This document shows positions 49,000 to 58,524 of a stretch of DNA of 64,000 nucleotides, in pieces. Each line of letters starts with the position of its first letter. Position 1 is the stretch's first letter. The stretch covers positions 28,671-92,670 of the forward strand of contig CAYGUF010000007.1 of the NCBI GenBank assembly GCA_964353125.1, written 5' to 3'. The notes beneath the pieces were generated by a model that saw only the letters and a program-made list of their open reading frames with translations, was not told where the DNA came from and ran no database searches. Made by a program: the position numbers and the translations under genes. The DNA is from an uncultured Flavobacteriaceae bacterium. GTDB lineage: Bacteria; Bacteroidota; Bacteroidia; Flavobacteriales; Flavobacteriaceae.

Positions 49000-50436
49000 A
49001 TGGAAAACCTAAATACAAAAATTAAATCGGGATTAAAATGGAATATTCTAAATGAGATAGTTTCAAAAGTTGTTTTTGTTGGGTTTAGTTTCTATTTAGC
49101 AAGAATTTTAGGACCAAAAGTATATGGCATACTTGCTATTTTAATGATATTTTCAGGCTTAGCAAATATGTTAGTAGATTTTGGTTTTTCTTCTTCTATA
49201 ATATATTTTAAAGACTTAAATCATAAAAAAAAATCTACAATTTTTTGGATGAATTTATTTTTGTCCATTATAATGTATTTTGTTTTTGTTTTTGTTTCTC
49301 CACTTATTTCTAGTTTTTATGATAATCCAGATTTGACTTTCTATATAAGATTAATAATGATTGTTTTAATATTTAATGGTTTAGGAGCTGTTCAAAATGC
49401 TTTATTATCAAAAGAAATTAATTTTAAATCAAAAATAATTGGATCATGGATAGCCACAATTTTAAGCTATATAGCTGCATTTATTATGGTTTATTATAAC
49501 TTTACTATTGAGAGTTTAATTGCCCAAGTTTTAGTATCTAGTTTTTGTAATACTATTTTTTTATGGCTAATAACTAAATGGACACCACTGTTTCATTTTT
49601 CGTTTACAGATTTAAAACATGTTTTTGGGTACAGTTCTAAAATACTGTATGCTAATGTGTTAAATTATTTTGTAAGTAATTCAGATAATTTTATTATCAG
49701 CAAAATGTCTGGCGATACCGCTTTAGGGATATACAACAGGGCTTTTACTACAGTAGCTATGCCAATAACAAGTGTAGCTGGTGTTTTTAATAAAGTGTTG
49801 TTCCCTACTTTTTCAATAATTAATAATGACATGCCAAGGTTTAGAGCCTATTATTTAAAAACTATTGGCTTAATTTCTTTTATTATGTTTCCTGTAATGA
49901 TAGGGCTTTATGTAATAACTGAAGAATTTGTTAACCTAATTTTAGGCACTGCTTGGCTAGATATTATTCCTATAATGCAATTGTTTTGTTTAATGGGTTT
50001 AGTAAGGTCATTGCTTTTTGTTAATGGCATTATATATAATTCTACAGGTAATACAAAACTAGCTTTAAATATTCTAATAATAACAAATGTGATTTTTATA
50101 ATAACCTGGGTAACTTCCCTCTATTTTTTTGATTTAAATACTATGGTTATTATATATTGTATTCTACAATTTTTAATTGCTTACCCATTATTAAAAATAA
50201 CATTGTCATTAATTGATTTAAAATTATCATTAATGTTAAAAGAACTTATAAGACCCTTAATAGGATCCCTTTTATTTTTATTGGTCAGTTATATTTTACA
50301 TTTAACACTAAATGATAGTAGTTATACTTTTTTATTAGTTATTAAATTAGTCCTTTGCGCTACCGTATATTGCATATACACTTTTTTTTATCAGAAAAAG
50401 CAATTAAAGATTATATTAGGTTTTATAAAAAAATAG
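49000..50436 (+). CDS. wzx: Polysaccharide flippase (Wzx/WzxC-like)
   Basis: Multi-TM; LARILGPKVYG, DFGFSSSII, DNFIISK...ALGIYNRA, VLFPTFS. Confidence 0.88.
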   Translation: MENLNTKIKSGLKWNILNEIVSKVVFVGFSFYLARILGPKVYGILAILMIFSGLANMLVDFGFSSSIIYFKDLNHKKKSTIFWMNLFLSIIMYFVFVFVSPLISSFYDNPDLTFYIRLIMIVLIFNGLGAVQNALLSKEINFKSKIIGSWIATILSYIAAFIMVYYNFTIESLIAQVLVSSFCNTIFLWLITKWTPLFHFSFTDLKHVFGYSSKILYANVLNYFVSNSDNFIISKMSGDTALGIYNRAFTTVAMPITSVAGVFNKVLFPTFSIINNDMPRFRAYYLKTIGLISFIMFPVMIGLYVITEEFVNLILGTAWLDIIPIMQLFCLMGLVRSLLFVNGIIYNSTGNTKLALNILIITNVIFIITWVTSLYFFDLNTMVIIYCILQFLIAYPLLKITLSLIDLKLSLMLKELIRPLIGSLLFLLVSYILHLTLNDSSYTFLLVIKLVLCATVYCIYTFFYQKKQLKIILGFIKK

Positions 50437-50437
50437 T

Positions 50438-50989
50438 ATGTTAAATTTTAGTTTTTACTTATATAGGGTTTTATTTAGAATTAAATACAGTTCACTTTGG
50501 GATATTAAACACTCATTACAAAATAATTATAACAATAATCTTGCACACTATTATAACATTCTTTTATCAAAAGGTGGAAATTACATAGGTTATACTTCTA
50601 CTTTTAAGAATATCCCAGTGTTTCCTCATGGTTTAAATGGTGTTTTCATAAGTGGAGGAGCTGTTATAGGAAAAAATTGTGTTATTTTTCAACAGGTTAC
50701 CATAGGGTCTAATACATTAAAAGACAGTAATATAGGTGCGCCTAAACTTGGTGATAATGTTTACATAGGGGCAGGAGCAAAAATTATAGGAAACATAACA
50801 ATAGGAAACAATTGTCGTATAGGTGCAAACGCTGTGGTATATAAAAATATGCCGCACAACTCAGTTGCTGTTTGTGCAACTACCAGAATATTACAAAAAG
50901 AAAAATTGAATAATAGATTCTACAAAAAGATAAATAATAATTGGTATTATTACGATAATGAAAATTGGATAAAGGATGAAATAGATTGA
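50438..50989 (+). CDS. Hexapeptide-repeat acetyltransferase (CysE/WcaB-like)
   Basis: PHGLNGVFIS, IGKNCVIFQQVTIG, APKLGDNVYIGAGAKIIG, IGANAVV. Confidence 0.82.
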   Translation: MLNFSFYLYRVLFRIKYSSLWDIKHSLQNNYNNNLAHYYNILLSKGGNYIGYTSTFKNIPVFPHGLNGVFISGGAVIGKNCVIFQQVTIGSNTLKDSNIGAPKLGDNVYIGAGAKIIGNITIGNNCRIGANAVVYKNMPHNSVAVCATTRILQKEKLNNRFYKKINNNWYYYDNENWIKDEID

Positions 50990-51122
50990 TTAAAGAAAAA
51001 TTTTAATGAGTTTTTTGTCATACCTGAAAGTATTTAGAAAATATATGATAAAGTTTTAGTTTTAAAAAGAGGATAATAAATAATTTGCTTGTCCGTAAAA
51101 TGTTATAAAACAAAAAAAGTAC

Positions 51123-51203
51123 GTCATTCTGAATTTGATTCAGAATCTCATATCTATGTCAATCAAACCTGTATATGAGATCCTGAAATAAATTTAGTAT
51201 GAC
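51123..51203. repeat. REPIN-like composite palindrome (two 31-bp units in inverted orientation)
   Basis: GTCATTCTGAATTTGATTCAGAATCTCATAT (51123-51153) matches the reverse complement of 51173-51203 at 26/31; the left unit contains its own hairpin ATTCTGAAT-ttg-ATTCAGAAT. Confidence 0.75.
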
Positions 51204-51249
51204 ACTGTATCTATTAGATATAAAGCAGATATAAAATATAAATAATCAT

Positions 51250-52321
51250 GGTTATGTTTTATAATATTGTAGAAATTTATTATCTTTAAAGAAAGATATT
51301 AATTATGGATTTACAGCATATTATAAGCGAATTGAATGAAGATCAAAAAAAAGAGTTAGCTCACTTACTGAATCGCGATTTGAATGTTCCAAAACTAAAT
51401 CAGCTCATATCAGACATGAACAAATACCGCCCAATCAGTTGCCCACATTGTCAAGGCTCTGATATTTACGGTCATGGGGTTTATAAATCTCGCAAACGCT
51501 ATAAATGTAAGTCCTGCGCTAAGACCTTTAATGACCTCACAGGGACAGCTATGGATGGGATAAAAAAAGTAAATAAATTTCAGGATTATCTAGTTCTGAT
51601 GATTCAAAGCATGAGTATCCGTAAAGCCTCTAAAAAGCTTGGTGTTAATGTTAAAACTATTTTTGATTGGAGACACAAACTACTATCGTGTTTATCGATT
51701 TTGAACGGTGAAGAGTTCACAGGAATTGTTGAGTGTGATGATAAGCAACTTGATATAAATAACAAAGGGAGTCGAGACCTTCAAAGAAAACCTTACAAAA
51801 GACCAAGCGATAGACAAACTAAAAGAGGTGTGAGTAACGACAAAATCTCTATAATCGTTGCTACAGACAGAAATAACAATCCGTTGATGCGCATAGCTAA
51901 GATAGGTAGAATTGATACCGGTAGTATTGAAAACACAATAGGCACCTTAATTAAACCTGAAAATGTACTGTGTTCAGATTCTCATCCTTCAATAATTAAA
52001 TGGGCGAAAGAAAAAAAAAATAGAGCATCATACTTTTATAGCGTCAAAACATATTAAAAACAAATGCTACCACGTGCAACACGTAAACTCAAGAGACAAT
52101 CGTTATGAAAGATGGATAAAACCTTTCTATGGTGTATCAACAAAATATTTAAGTGGTTATCTAAACTGGTTTGTATTCTTGCAAAAGATTAAGAATTCTA
52201 GCTCTCAAGTAGTTGATCTTGCTAAAGCTATGATAAAAAATGTGATGGCTATAAATATATATAAATCAATTGAAGAAAATTACGCAGAATTAAATATTCC
52301 ACATTATTCTAAAACATAACC
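51250..52321 (+). mobile_element. IS1595-family insertion sequence, 1072 bp, both ends intact
   Basis: TIR-L GGTTATGTTTTATAATATTGT (51250-51270) vs reverse complement of TIR-R (52301-52321): 19/21 identical. 8-bp TSD ATAATCAT at 51242-51249 and 52322-52329. Confidence 0.92.
51305..52319 (+). pseudogene. IS1595 (ISXO2-like) DDE transposase split by a frameshift
   Basis: CPHC...CKSC zinc finger, HTH (SIRKASKKLGVNVKTIFDWRHK), VECDDK, LCSDSH, HVQHVNS. Removing one A from the A10 run (52011-52020) joins ORFs 51305 and 52074 into 337 aa. Confidence 0.88.
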
Positions 52322-52336
52322 ATAATCATAAAATGC

Positions 52337-54025
52337 ATGAATTTTATTTGTTACATAAGTAAAAACATTAACGCCTATATAAAAAAAGAAAATGACTTTG
52401 AAAAAATATTCAAATCAGGTAGCCTTTGGATAGGCTATAATTCAAATAATAAATTTGAAGATGATAAATTATTTTTTGAAGACGACAATTGTTTTGTTTT
52501 TTTAGATGGGATTATCCTTAACAAACAAGAGTTATTGTTAAAAGAGGGATTCAAAAATTTAAAAGACTTTTTTTTGAATGTCATAAAAAATGAAGATAAT
52601 TTTATACCAAAATTAAAAGGTAGTTTTGTTGGCTTAATTTATGATAAATCTAATAATAGTGTTCAGTTTTTTAATGATCATATAGGGTCAAAATCTTTAT
52701 TTTACTCTAATATTAAGGAGAATGAATTTATTGTGTCCTCTAGTTTAGATTTACTTTATACACATAAAAAAAATAATGACTTAAAAAATAATTTATCGCT
52801 AAATGGTGCATATATGTTATTAAGTTATGGCTATCTAATCCATGACTTTACTTTAGATAAGTACACAAAAAAACTTTTGCCAGGCTCATACCTAAACATT
52901 AATAATTTTTCATTAAGCATTACAAATTACTATAAAATATCATTTAGCTATAATAATACTAGTAATGAAGATGAATTAATAGAGGAGTTAGACCAACGCT
53001 TTAAACATGCCATAAAATTGGCTTTTGATAAAGATCTTGAATATAATTACAAACATTTATCTGGGTTAAGCGGTGGTTTAGATTCTAGAATGACGGTTTG
53101 GGTAGCAAATAAAATAGGTTATAATGAACAGCTTAATTTCACCTTTTCACAATCTAATTATTTAGATGAAACAATTGCAAAACAAATTGCAAGAGATTTA
53201 AAACATGAGTGGCTTTTTAAATTCTTAGATTTTGGACATATCTTATTACCTATAGAAAAAAACATGAAAATTAATGGCGGTAATACTTCATATTTTGGTG
53301 TCTCCCATTCCTCTGATTTTTATTCTAATTTTAATTTTAAAAATTATGGAATAGTACACACAGGGCAATTAGGCGATGCAATAATAGGTGCAGCAGCATA
53401 TTACATCAAAGATAACATAAAACAAAAACTAAGTAACATAAATTTTATTGACAAGATAGTAGATACAAATTCTATATCAGATAAATACAATAATGCCGAA
53501 GAATTTTTTATCTATAATAGAGCTATAAATGGAGCAAACTCTGGGTTAAATTCAATATATAATTTTACCGAAACTTTTTCCCCTTTTTACGATATAGATT
53601 TCATGAATTTTTGTTTTAGTATTCCGCAAGAAAAAAGGATAAATCATAATATATATAAAAAATGGATAATAAAAAAATACCCAAAAGCAGCAAACTATAT
53701 TTGGGAGTCCTCAAAACAATTAATAACTAAAAATAATCTTACTATTAAGTATAAAGGGAACGACCTGAGTGTTAATGATGTTTTTAAAATAATGAAAGCC
53801 AAATTCATTAAAAACCAAAATTCAAATCATATGAATCCAGTTGATTATTGGTATAAAGAGAACAAAAAGTTAAAATTGCATTTAGATGATTATTTTAATG
53901 ACACTATTAATTTAATAGAGAATACTCAATTAAAAGATGATGCGAGTTATAAATATAAAAACGGAAAAGTATCTGATAAGCTCGAGGTGGTTACACTTTT
54001 AGCTGCAATTAAAAATTATTTTTAA
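52337..54025 (+). CDS. Asparagine-synthetase-like amide ligase/amidotransferase
   Basis: FNDHIGSKSLFY, LSGGLDSR ATP-pyrophosphatase motif, TGQLGDAI, SPFYDIDF; begins MNFIC, not MC. Confidence 0.78.
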   Translation: MNFICYISKNINAYIKKENDFEKIFKSGSLWIGYNSNNKFEDDKLFFEDDNCFVFLDGIILNKQELLLKEGFKNLKDFFLNVIKNEDNFIPKLKGSFVGLIYDKSNNSVQFFNDHIGSKSLFYSNIKENEFIVSSSLDLLYTHKKNNDLKNNLSLNGAYMLLSYGYLIHDFTLDKYTKKLLPGSYLNINNFSLSITNYYKISFSYNNTSNEDELIEELDQRFKHAIKLAFDKDLEYNYKHLSGLSGGLDSRMTVWVANKIGYNEQLNFTFSQSNYLDETIAKQIARDLKHEWLFKFLDFGHILLPIEKNMKINGGNTSYFGVSHSSDFYSNFNFKNYGIVHTGQLGDAIIGAAAYYIKDNIKQKLSNINFIDKIVDTNSISDKYNNAEEFFIYNRAINGANSGLNSIYNFTETFSPFYDIDFMNFCFSIPQEKRINHNIYKKWIIKKYPKAANYIWESSKQLITKNNLTIKYKGNDLSVNDVFKIMKAKFIKNQNSNHMNPVDYWYKENKKLKLHLDDYFNDTINLIENTQLKDDASYKYKNGKVSDKLEVVTLLAAIKNYF

Positions 54026-54027
54026 TT

Positions 54028-54564
54028 ATGTTAAACTTCATAAAGATTATTTACAAATTTCTGAGAATAAATAAACCCGAAGTAAATAAAGTAAAGTACA
54101 AAATTGGGAATAGAAAAGCCCATAATTCTATAATAGATACCTTAATTCCACAACTTGTTGAAATTGGTGATAATTTTATTTCAGCCCCAGGTTCAATTAT
54201 TTTAGCACATGATGCTAGCCTTTTTCTTCATATAAAGCAGTATCGTTGTGAAAAAACAATAATAGGTGATAATGTATTTTTAGGCGCAAATGCTATAATT
54301 TTGCCAGGTCTAGTGGTTGGAGATGGCGCAATAATTGGTGCGGGCTCAGTAGTCACAAAAAATGTAAGCCCAAATGTAGTAGTAGCAGGAAACCCGGCAA
54401 AGTATATTTGTACTGTTAAAGAATACATTGAGAAAACTAAACTTAAAGGCAGCTTATTTACACCACCAGACTCTTTTATAAAATCTTTTTATGAAAAAAA
54501 AATTGAAGCATACCAAATTGAAGATTTTCAAAAAGCAGTATTAACAAAGATAAACAACAAATGA
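54028..54564 (+). CDS. Hexapeptide-repeat acyltransferase
   Basis: ILAHDAS, IIGDNVFLGANAIILPG, IIGAGSVVTKNV, VVAGNPAK. Confidence 0.85.
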   Translation: MLNFIKIIYKFLRINKPEVNKVKYKIGNRKAHNSIIDTLIPQLVEIGDNFISAPGSIILAHDASLFLHIKQYRCEKTIIGDNVFLGANAIILPGLVVGDGAIIGAGSVVTKNVSPNVVVAGNPAKYICTVKEYIEKTKLKGSLFTPPDSFIKSFYEKKIEAYQIEDFQKAVLTKINNK

Positions 54565-55526
54565 ATCTATCCATTATAATACCAGTATATAATTGTGCCA
54601 ATTATTTAAAAAAAGGATTTGAGCAATTAAAACCATTATACGCTTCTAAAATAGATTTTGAAATTATATACGTAAACGACGGGTCAACAGATCATAGCTT
54701 GGAGGAATTAAAAAAGATTGAAGCTAGTAATAAAAATGTTTTAGTCATTTCTCAAGAGAACAAAGGCTCATCAGGAGCTAGAAATACTGCAATAGATGTA
54801 GCAAAAGGTGATTATATACAGTTTTTAGATTCTGATGACATCATAGAAATTGAAAACCTTATTCTTTTGTTAGAAGAAGCTATTGATTTAAATTTAGATT
54901 TAATAGGGTATAGGCTAGATTATGTAGATGATAACTATAAACAAATAGGAGTAAGACCAAAGCATCCTATACCATACAATAAGTTAATGTCTGGTGCGGA
55001 GTGTTTAATTGAAGGCTATCAACCATCCTCAATTTGTGTTTTTCTTTTCAAAAGAAAAATACTGATAGATAATAATCTACGCATTTATCCTAAAATTACC
55101 CACATGGATGTTGAGTTTATGTCTAGAGTAATGCTAAACGTTAACAACGTAATTTTTAAAGACCAAATTATATATCATTATTTACAGCGGCCAGGTTCTA
55201 TAACCAAACCAAAAACACAGGAAAAACTTCAACAATTACGTTATGATGAAGTAAAAATCGCAAAACTTATTAAAGATAATATTAAAAATTATAGCCTTAC
55301 AGATAGTAAATTAATTTATTCCATAAAGGCAAATTATAATACCATAATATGGAATCTTTTATGGCAATTTATATCTAAACCTAAGGAGTTAAATATAGAT
55401 TTCAAAAAAAAGTGCATAAATCAATTAAAACAAGATGGTCTATACCCAATAAAAGGGCCGTTAAAAACAAGTTTTCAAAAATTAACAAGACTGCCATTTC
55501 AAATATGGCTTAAAATTAGTTTATAA
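54561..55526 (+). CDS. GT2 glycosyltransferase
   Basis: SIIIPVYN, VNDGSTD, QENKGSSGARN, FLDSDD. Confidence 0.9.
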   Translation: MNLSIIIPVYNCANYLKKGFEQLKPLYASKIDFEIIYVNDGSTDHSLEELKKIEASNKNVLVISQENKGSSGARNTAIDVAKGDYIQFLDSDDIIEIENLILLLEEAIDLNLDLIGYRLDYVDDNYKQIGVRPKHPIPYNKLMSGAECLIEGYQPSSICVFLFKRKILIDNNLRIYPKITHMDVEFMSRVMLNVNNVIFKDQIIYHYLQRPGSITKPKTQEKLQQLRYDEVKIAKLIKDNIKNYSLTDSKLIYSIKANYNTIIWNLLWQFISKPKELNIDFKKKCINQLKQDGLYPIKGPLKTSFQKLTRLPFQIWLKISL

Positions 55527-55542
55527 TCCAATATAGTATTAG

Positions 55543-56532
55543 ATGATATTATCAATCATTATTCCTGTTTACAATTCTGAAAACACCATAAATCGGTTAA
55601 TAGCGTCTATTACTTCGCAGCAATCTCACTTGTTTGAATTAGATGTTGTAATTATAAATGATGGATCAAAAGATAATTCAAGTATTTTATTAGATGAAAT
55701 TTCTAAAAATTATAATTTTATAAATTGCTTTCACACAGAAAATCAAGGCGTATACAAAGCCAGAAACTTTGCGTTAACAAAAATTAAAGGCGATTATGTT
55801 TGGATGTTAGATGCAGATGATTATATAAGTGCCAATGCTTTTGAAATAATAGATAATAATATAAAACAACAGTTAGAGGTATTACATTTTGGTTATTTTT
55901 TAGAAACAAAAACCAATACATATTTTAAACAATTACCACCATATACAGATGCTATTATAGATGGCATAAGTTTTTTACAACGAAATGACGGCAGACTATA
56001 CCTCTGGAACAACATCTATAATGTAGCTTTCTTAAGGGAAAATAGTATTAATTTTTTAGCAAAATCAGTAAGTTTAGAAGATTCGCTATTTAATATTGAA
56101 GTGTTTTCAAAAGCCAAAAAAGTTAAATATATTAATGAGGCATTATACACTTATGCGTTTGAAGAAAATTCTATTTCAAGAAAAAAAAGCTTAGAACATC
56201 TCATTAAAAAAGGGACTAGTTCTTATAATGTACATACGAATGTCGAAAAAATAAGGGATAATTTTCCATTAGATAGTATTGCTTATGATGTTATAAAAAA
56301 TAAATTATCACATACAATACTGGGTTTTTTTTACAGTTTAATTGTTGAGCGTTACCCATTAGACTATATAAAAAAAATACACCTGCTGTATAGCCAACAA
56401 AACTTATTACCAGTAAGCATGAGTAATACACCACTTAAGCTAAAGGTTTTTAAATATATTTTAAATAAAAAAAATTTATTTATAATGTGTTGTAAAATTA
56501 ACCTGCTTTTTAGAGGAGAAATAGCATCTTAA
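55543..56532 (+). CDS. GT2 glycosyltransferase
   Basis: SIIIPVYN, INDGSKD, ENQGVYKARN, MLDADD, SLED. Confidence 0.9.
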   Translation: MILSIIIPVYNSENTINRLIASITSQQSHLFELDVVIINDGSKDNSSILLDEISKNYNFINCFHTENQGVYKARNFALTKIKGDYVWMLDADDYISANAFEIIDNNIKQQLEVLHFGYFLETKTNTYFKQLPPYTDAIIDGISFLQRNDGRLYLWNNIYNVAFLRENSINFLAKSVSLEDSLFNIEVFSKAKKVKYINEALYTYAFEENSISRKKSLEHLIKKGTSSYNVHTNVEKIRDNFPLDSIAYDVIKNKLSHTILGFFYSLIVERYPLDYIKKIHLLYSQQNLLPVSMSNTPLKLKVFKYILNKKNLFIMCCKINLLFRGEIAS

Positions 56533-56554
56533 TTATGAGATTAATATATTATAT

Positions 56555-57646
56555 ATGTATACATATTTAGTCCTTTTTGCAATAGCATCTGTACTTTATT
56601 TTTCTAAAAACAACAATCTAAAAGGATTGTTTGTGCTATTTGCAATATTAGCCATTTGCATTGCCGGTTTTAGAGACATGATTGGAGGCTATGATGTTTA
56701 TATCTATGCAGAGGTCTATGAAAAACTTGATTTAATACAAGATGTAGGTCTTTTGTTTGAGCCTGGTTTTATCATTTATTATAAAGTATTAAGGTTTATT
56801 AATGAAGATAGGCATTTTATGTTTTTTATAAGCGCAATTATAATTTTGGGCTTATATGGATATTATTTAAAAAAAATAAGCATCGCTTTTTATTTTTCTC
56901 TTTTTATATTTTTTTGTAAATTTTACTTAATGTCTTTTGTGTATCTCCGCCAAGGTTTAGCAATGGTTGTGGTCTTAATTTCATTGTATTATTTACTTTT
57001 AGATAAAAAAAAATGGGCTATCATATTAGCCATAGTAGCATTTTTAATTCACAAATCAGCAATCCTATTTCTTCCTTTTGTTTTTATGGGTAATATTAAG
57101 TTTTCTAACCTACAAATTATTTTAATAGTTGCCTTTATTGGGCTTTTAAGCTTTTCGCCCTTGGGTAGTTTTTTATTAACTGGAATAGGGGATACCGTAA
57201 ATGAAGAGAAAATTACATCGTATGCTAGTAAATCAGGCACTATAAATATTTTTTATGTGATTGAAGGTGCTTTAATAATAGTGCTAGCCTTAGTGTTTAG
57301 ATCTAAATTTTATGCAAATAAAGCTACAGTTGTCTATTTTAATGGCATTTTGTTTTATGGTTTTATAATTGTATTTGGTATTACTAATGCAACTTTTATT
57401 CGGTTAGGATGGTATTACTTTATGTTTATATGTTTAGGTTTGCCATATGTGTATTATTTTATAGATTTAAAGAGTACTAAAAGTCTTTTTAAAACTGCTG
57501 TATTTGTTTATTATACCGCAATATTTTTAAGGTTAATGACTGTATATGATGGTGGAGACTTTATGCCTTACAAAAGTATTTTTCAGGATTTTGACAGAGG
57601 TTCAATATGGAAGCACATGGAATACAGAAATTTTAGAGATTACTAA
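56555..57646 (+). CDS. EpsG-family polysaccharide polymerase (Wzy-like)
   Basis: Multi-TM; AGFRDMIGGYD, FEPGF, YLRQGLA, HKSA. Confidence 0.82.
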   Translation: MYTYLVLFAIASVLYFSKNNNLKGLFVLFAILAICIAGFRDMIGGYDVYIYAEVYEKLDLIQDVGLLFEPGFIIYYKVLRFINEDRHFMFFISAIIILGLYGYYLKKISIAFYFSLFIFFCKFYLMSFVYLRQGLAMVVVLISLYYLLLDKKKWAIILAIVAFLIHKSAILFLPFVFMGNIKFSNLQIILIVAFIGLLSFSPLGSFLLTGIGDTVNEEKITSYASKSGTINIFYVIEGALIIVLALVFRSKFYANKATVVYFNGILFYGFIIVFGITNATFIRLGWYYFMFICLGLPYVYYFIDLKSTKSLFKTAVFVYYTAIFLRLMTVYDGGDFMPYKSIFQDFDRGSIWKHMEYRNFRDY

Positions 57647-57648
57647 TT

Positions 57649-58524
57649 ATGCTAATATCTATTGTGACACCCTTATACAACAGGGCAAATTTTTTAACTA
57701 CAATTTTTGAATCATTAGTAAAACAGAATGATACTAATATAGAGTGGATTATAGTTGATGATGGGAGTAAAGATAACCCCATACAAACTGTAAATCTGTT
57801 AATTAAAAAAGCCTCTTTTAACATTATAGTTCACAGTCAAGTTAATAAAGGCAAACATTTTGCATTAAATAAAGCTTTAGATATCGCTAAAGGAGAATTG
57901 TTTTTTATTCTAGACAGTGATGATACTTTAGCAAAAGATGCTTTAAAGAATTGTCGTTTTTATTATGATAAAATAAAAAATGATAATGAAATAGCAGGTA
58001 TAGCAGGTCGTCGTAATTTCAAAGACGGAGAAATAGTAGGCAATCAAACTTTTAGTGAGTTAATTTCTAATTCACTTGATATTAGATATAAGCACAAAGT
58101 TACTGGTGATTTAGTAGAAATCTATAAAACCAAAATAATAAAAGCTGAAAAATTTCCAGAGATAGAAAACGAAAAATTTTGCCCTGAAGCATTAGTTTGG
58201 AATAGGATAGCTCAAAATTACAATTTATTGTTTTTTAATATTGGCATTTACACAACACAATACCTAGAGGGCGGACTTACCGATAAAATTGTTAAGATAA
58301 GAATGACATCTCCCATAGCATCAATGCTTACATATAGTGAGTTAGCATCCTACCAAATACCAGTATTACAAAAAATTAAAGCCTATATTAATTTTTGGCG
58401 CTTTGCATTTAATTCTAAAAAATCATTTCCTGAAAAATTAAAATTTTTAAAGGTTAAAGCCAGTTTACTTTTAATGCCAATAGGGTATGTGATGTATCTA
58501 AGAGATAAAAGAAAAAACGTATGA
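57649..58524 (+). CDS. GT2 glycosyltransferase
   Basis: SIVTPLYNRA, IVDDGSKD, NKGKH.ALN, ILDSDD, FCPE. Confidence 0.9.
   Translation: MLISIVTPLYNRANFLTTIFESLVKQNDTNIEWIIVDDGSKDNPIQTVNLLIKKASFNIIVHSQVNKGKHFALNKALDIAKGELFFILDSDDTLAKDALKNCRFYYDKIKNDNEIAGIAGRRNFKDGEIVGNQTFSELISNSLDIRYKHKVTGDLVEIYKTKIIKAEKFPEIENEKFCPEALVWNRIAQNYNLLFFNIGIYTTQYLEGGLTDKIVKIRMTSPIASMLTYSELASYQIPVLQKIKAYINFWRFAFNSKKSFPEKLKFLKVKASLLLMPIGYVMYLRDKRKNV

Noticed and set aside
51017-51040. Possible third degenerate REP unit (GTCATACCTGAAAGTATTT)
   Set aside because: Similarity is limited to the first ~12 nt and there is no internal palindrome; too weak to call.
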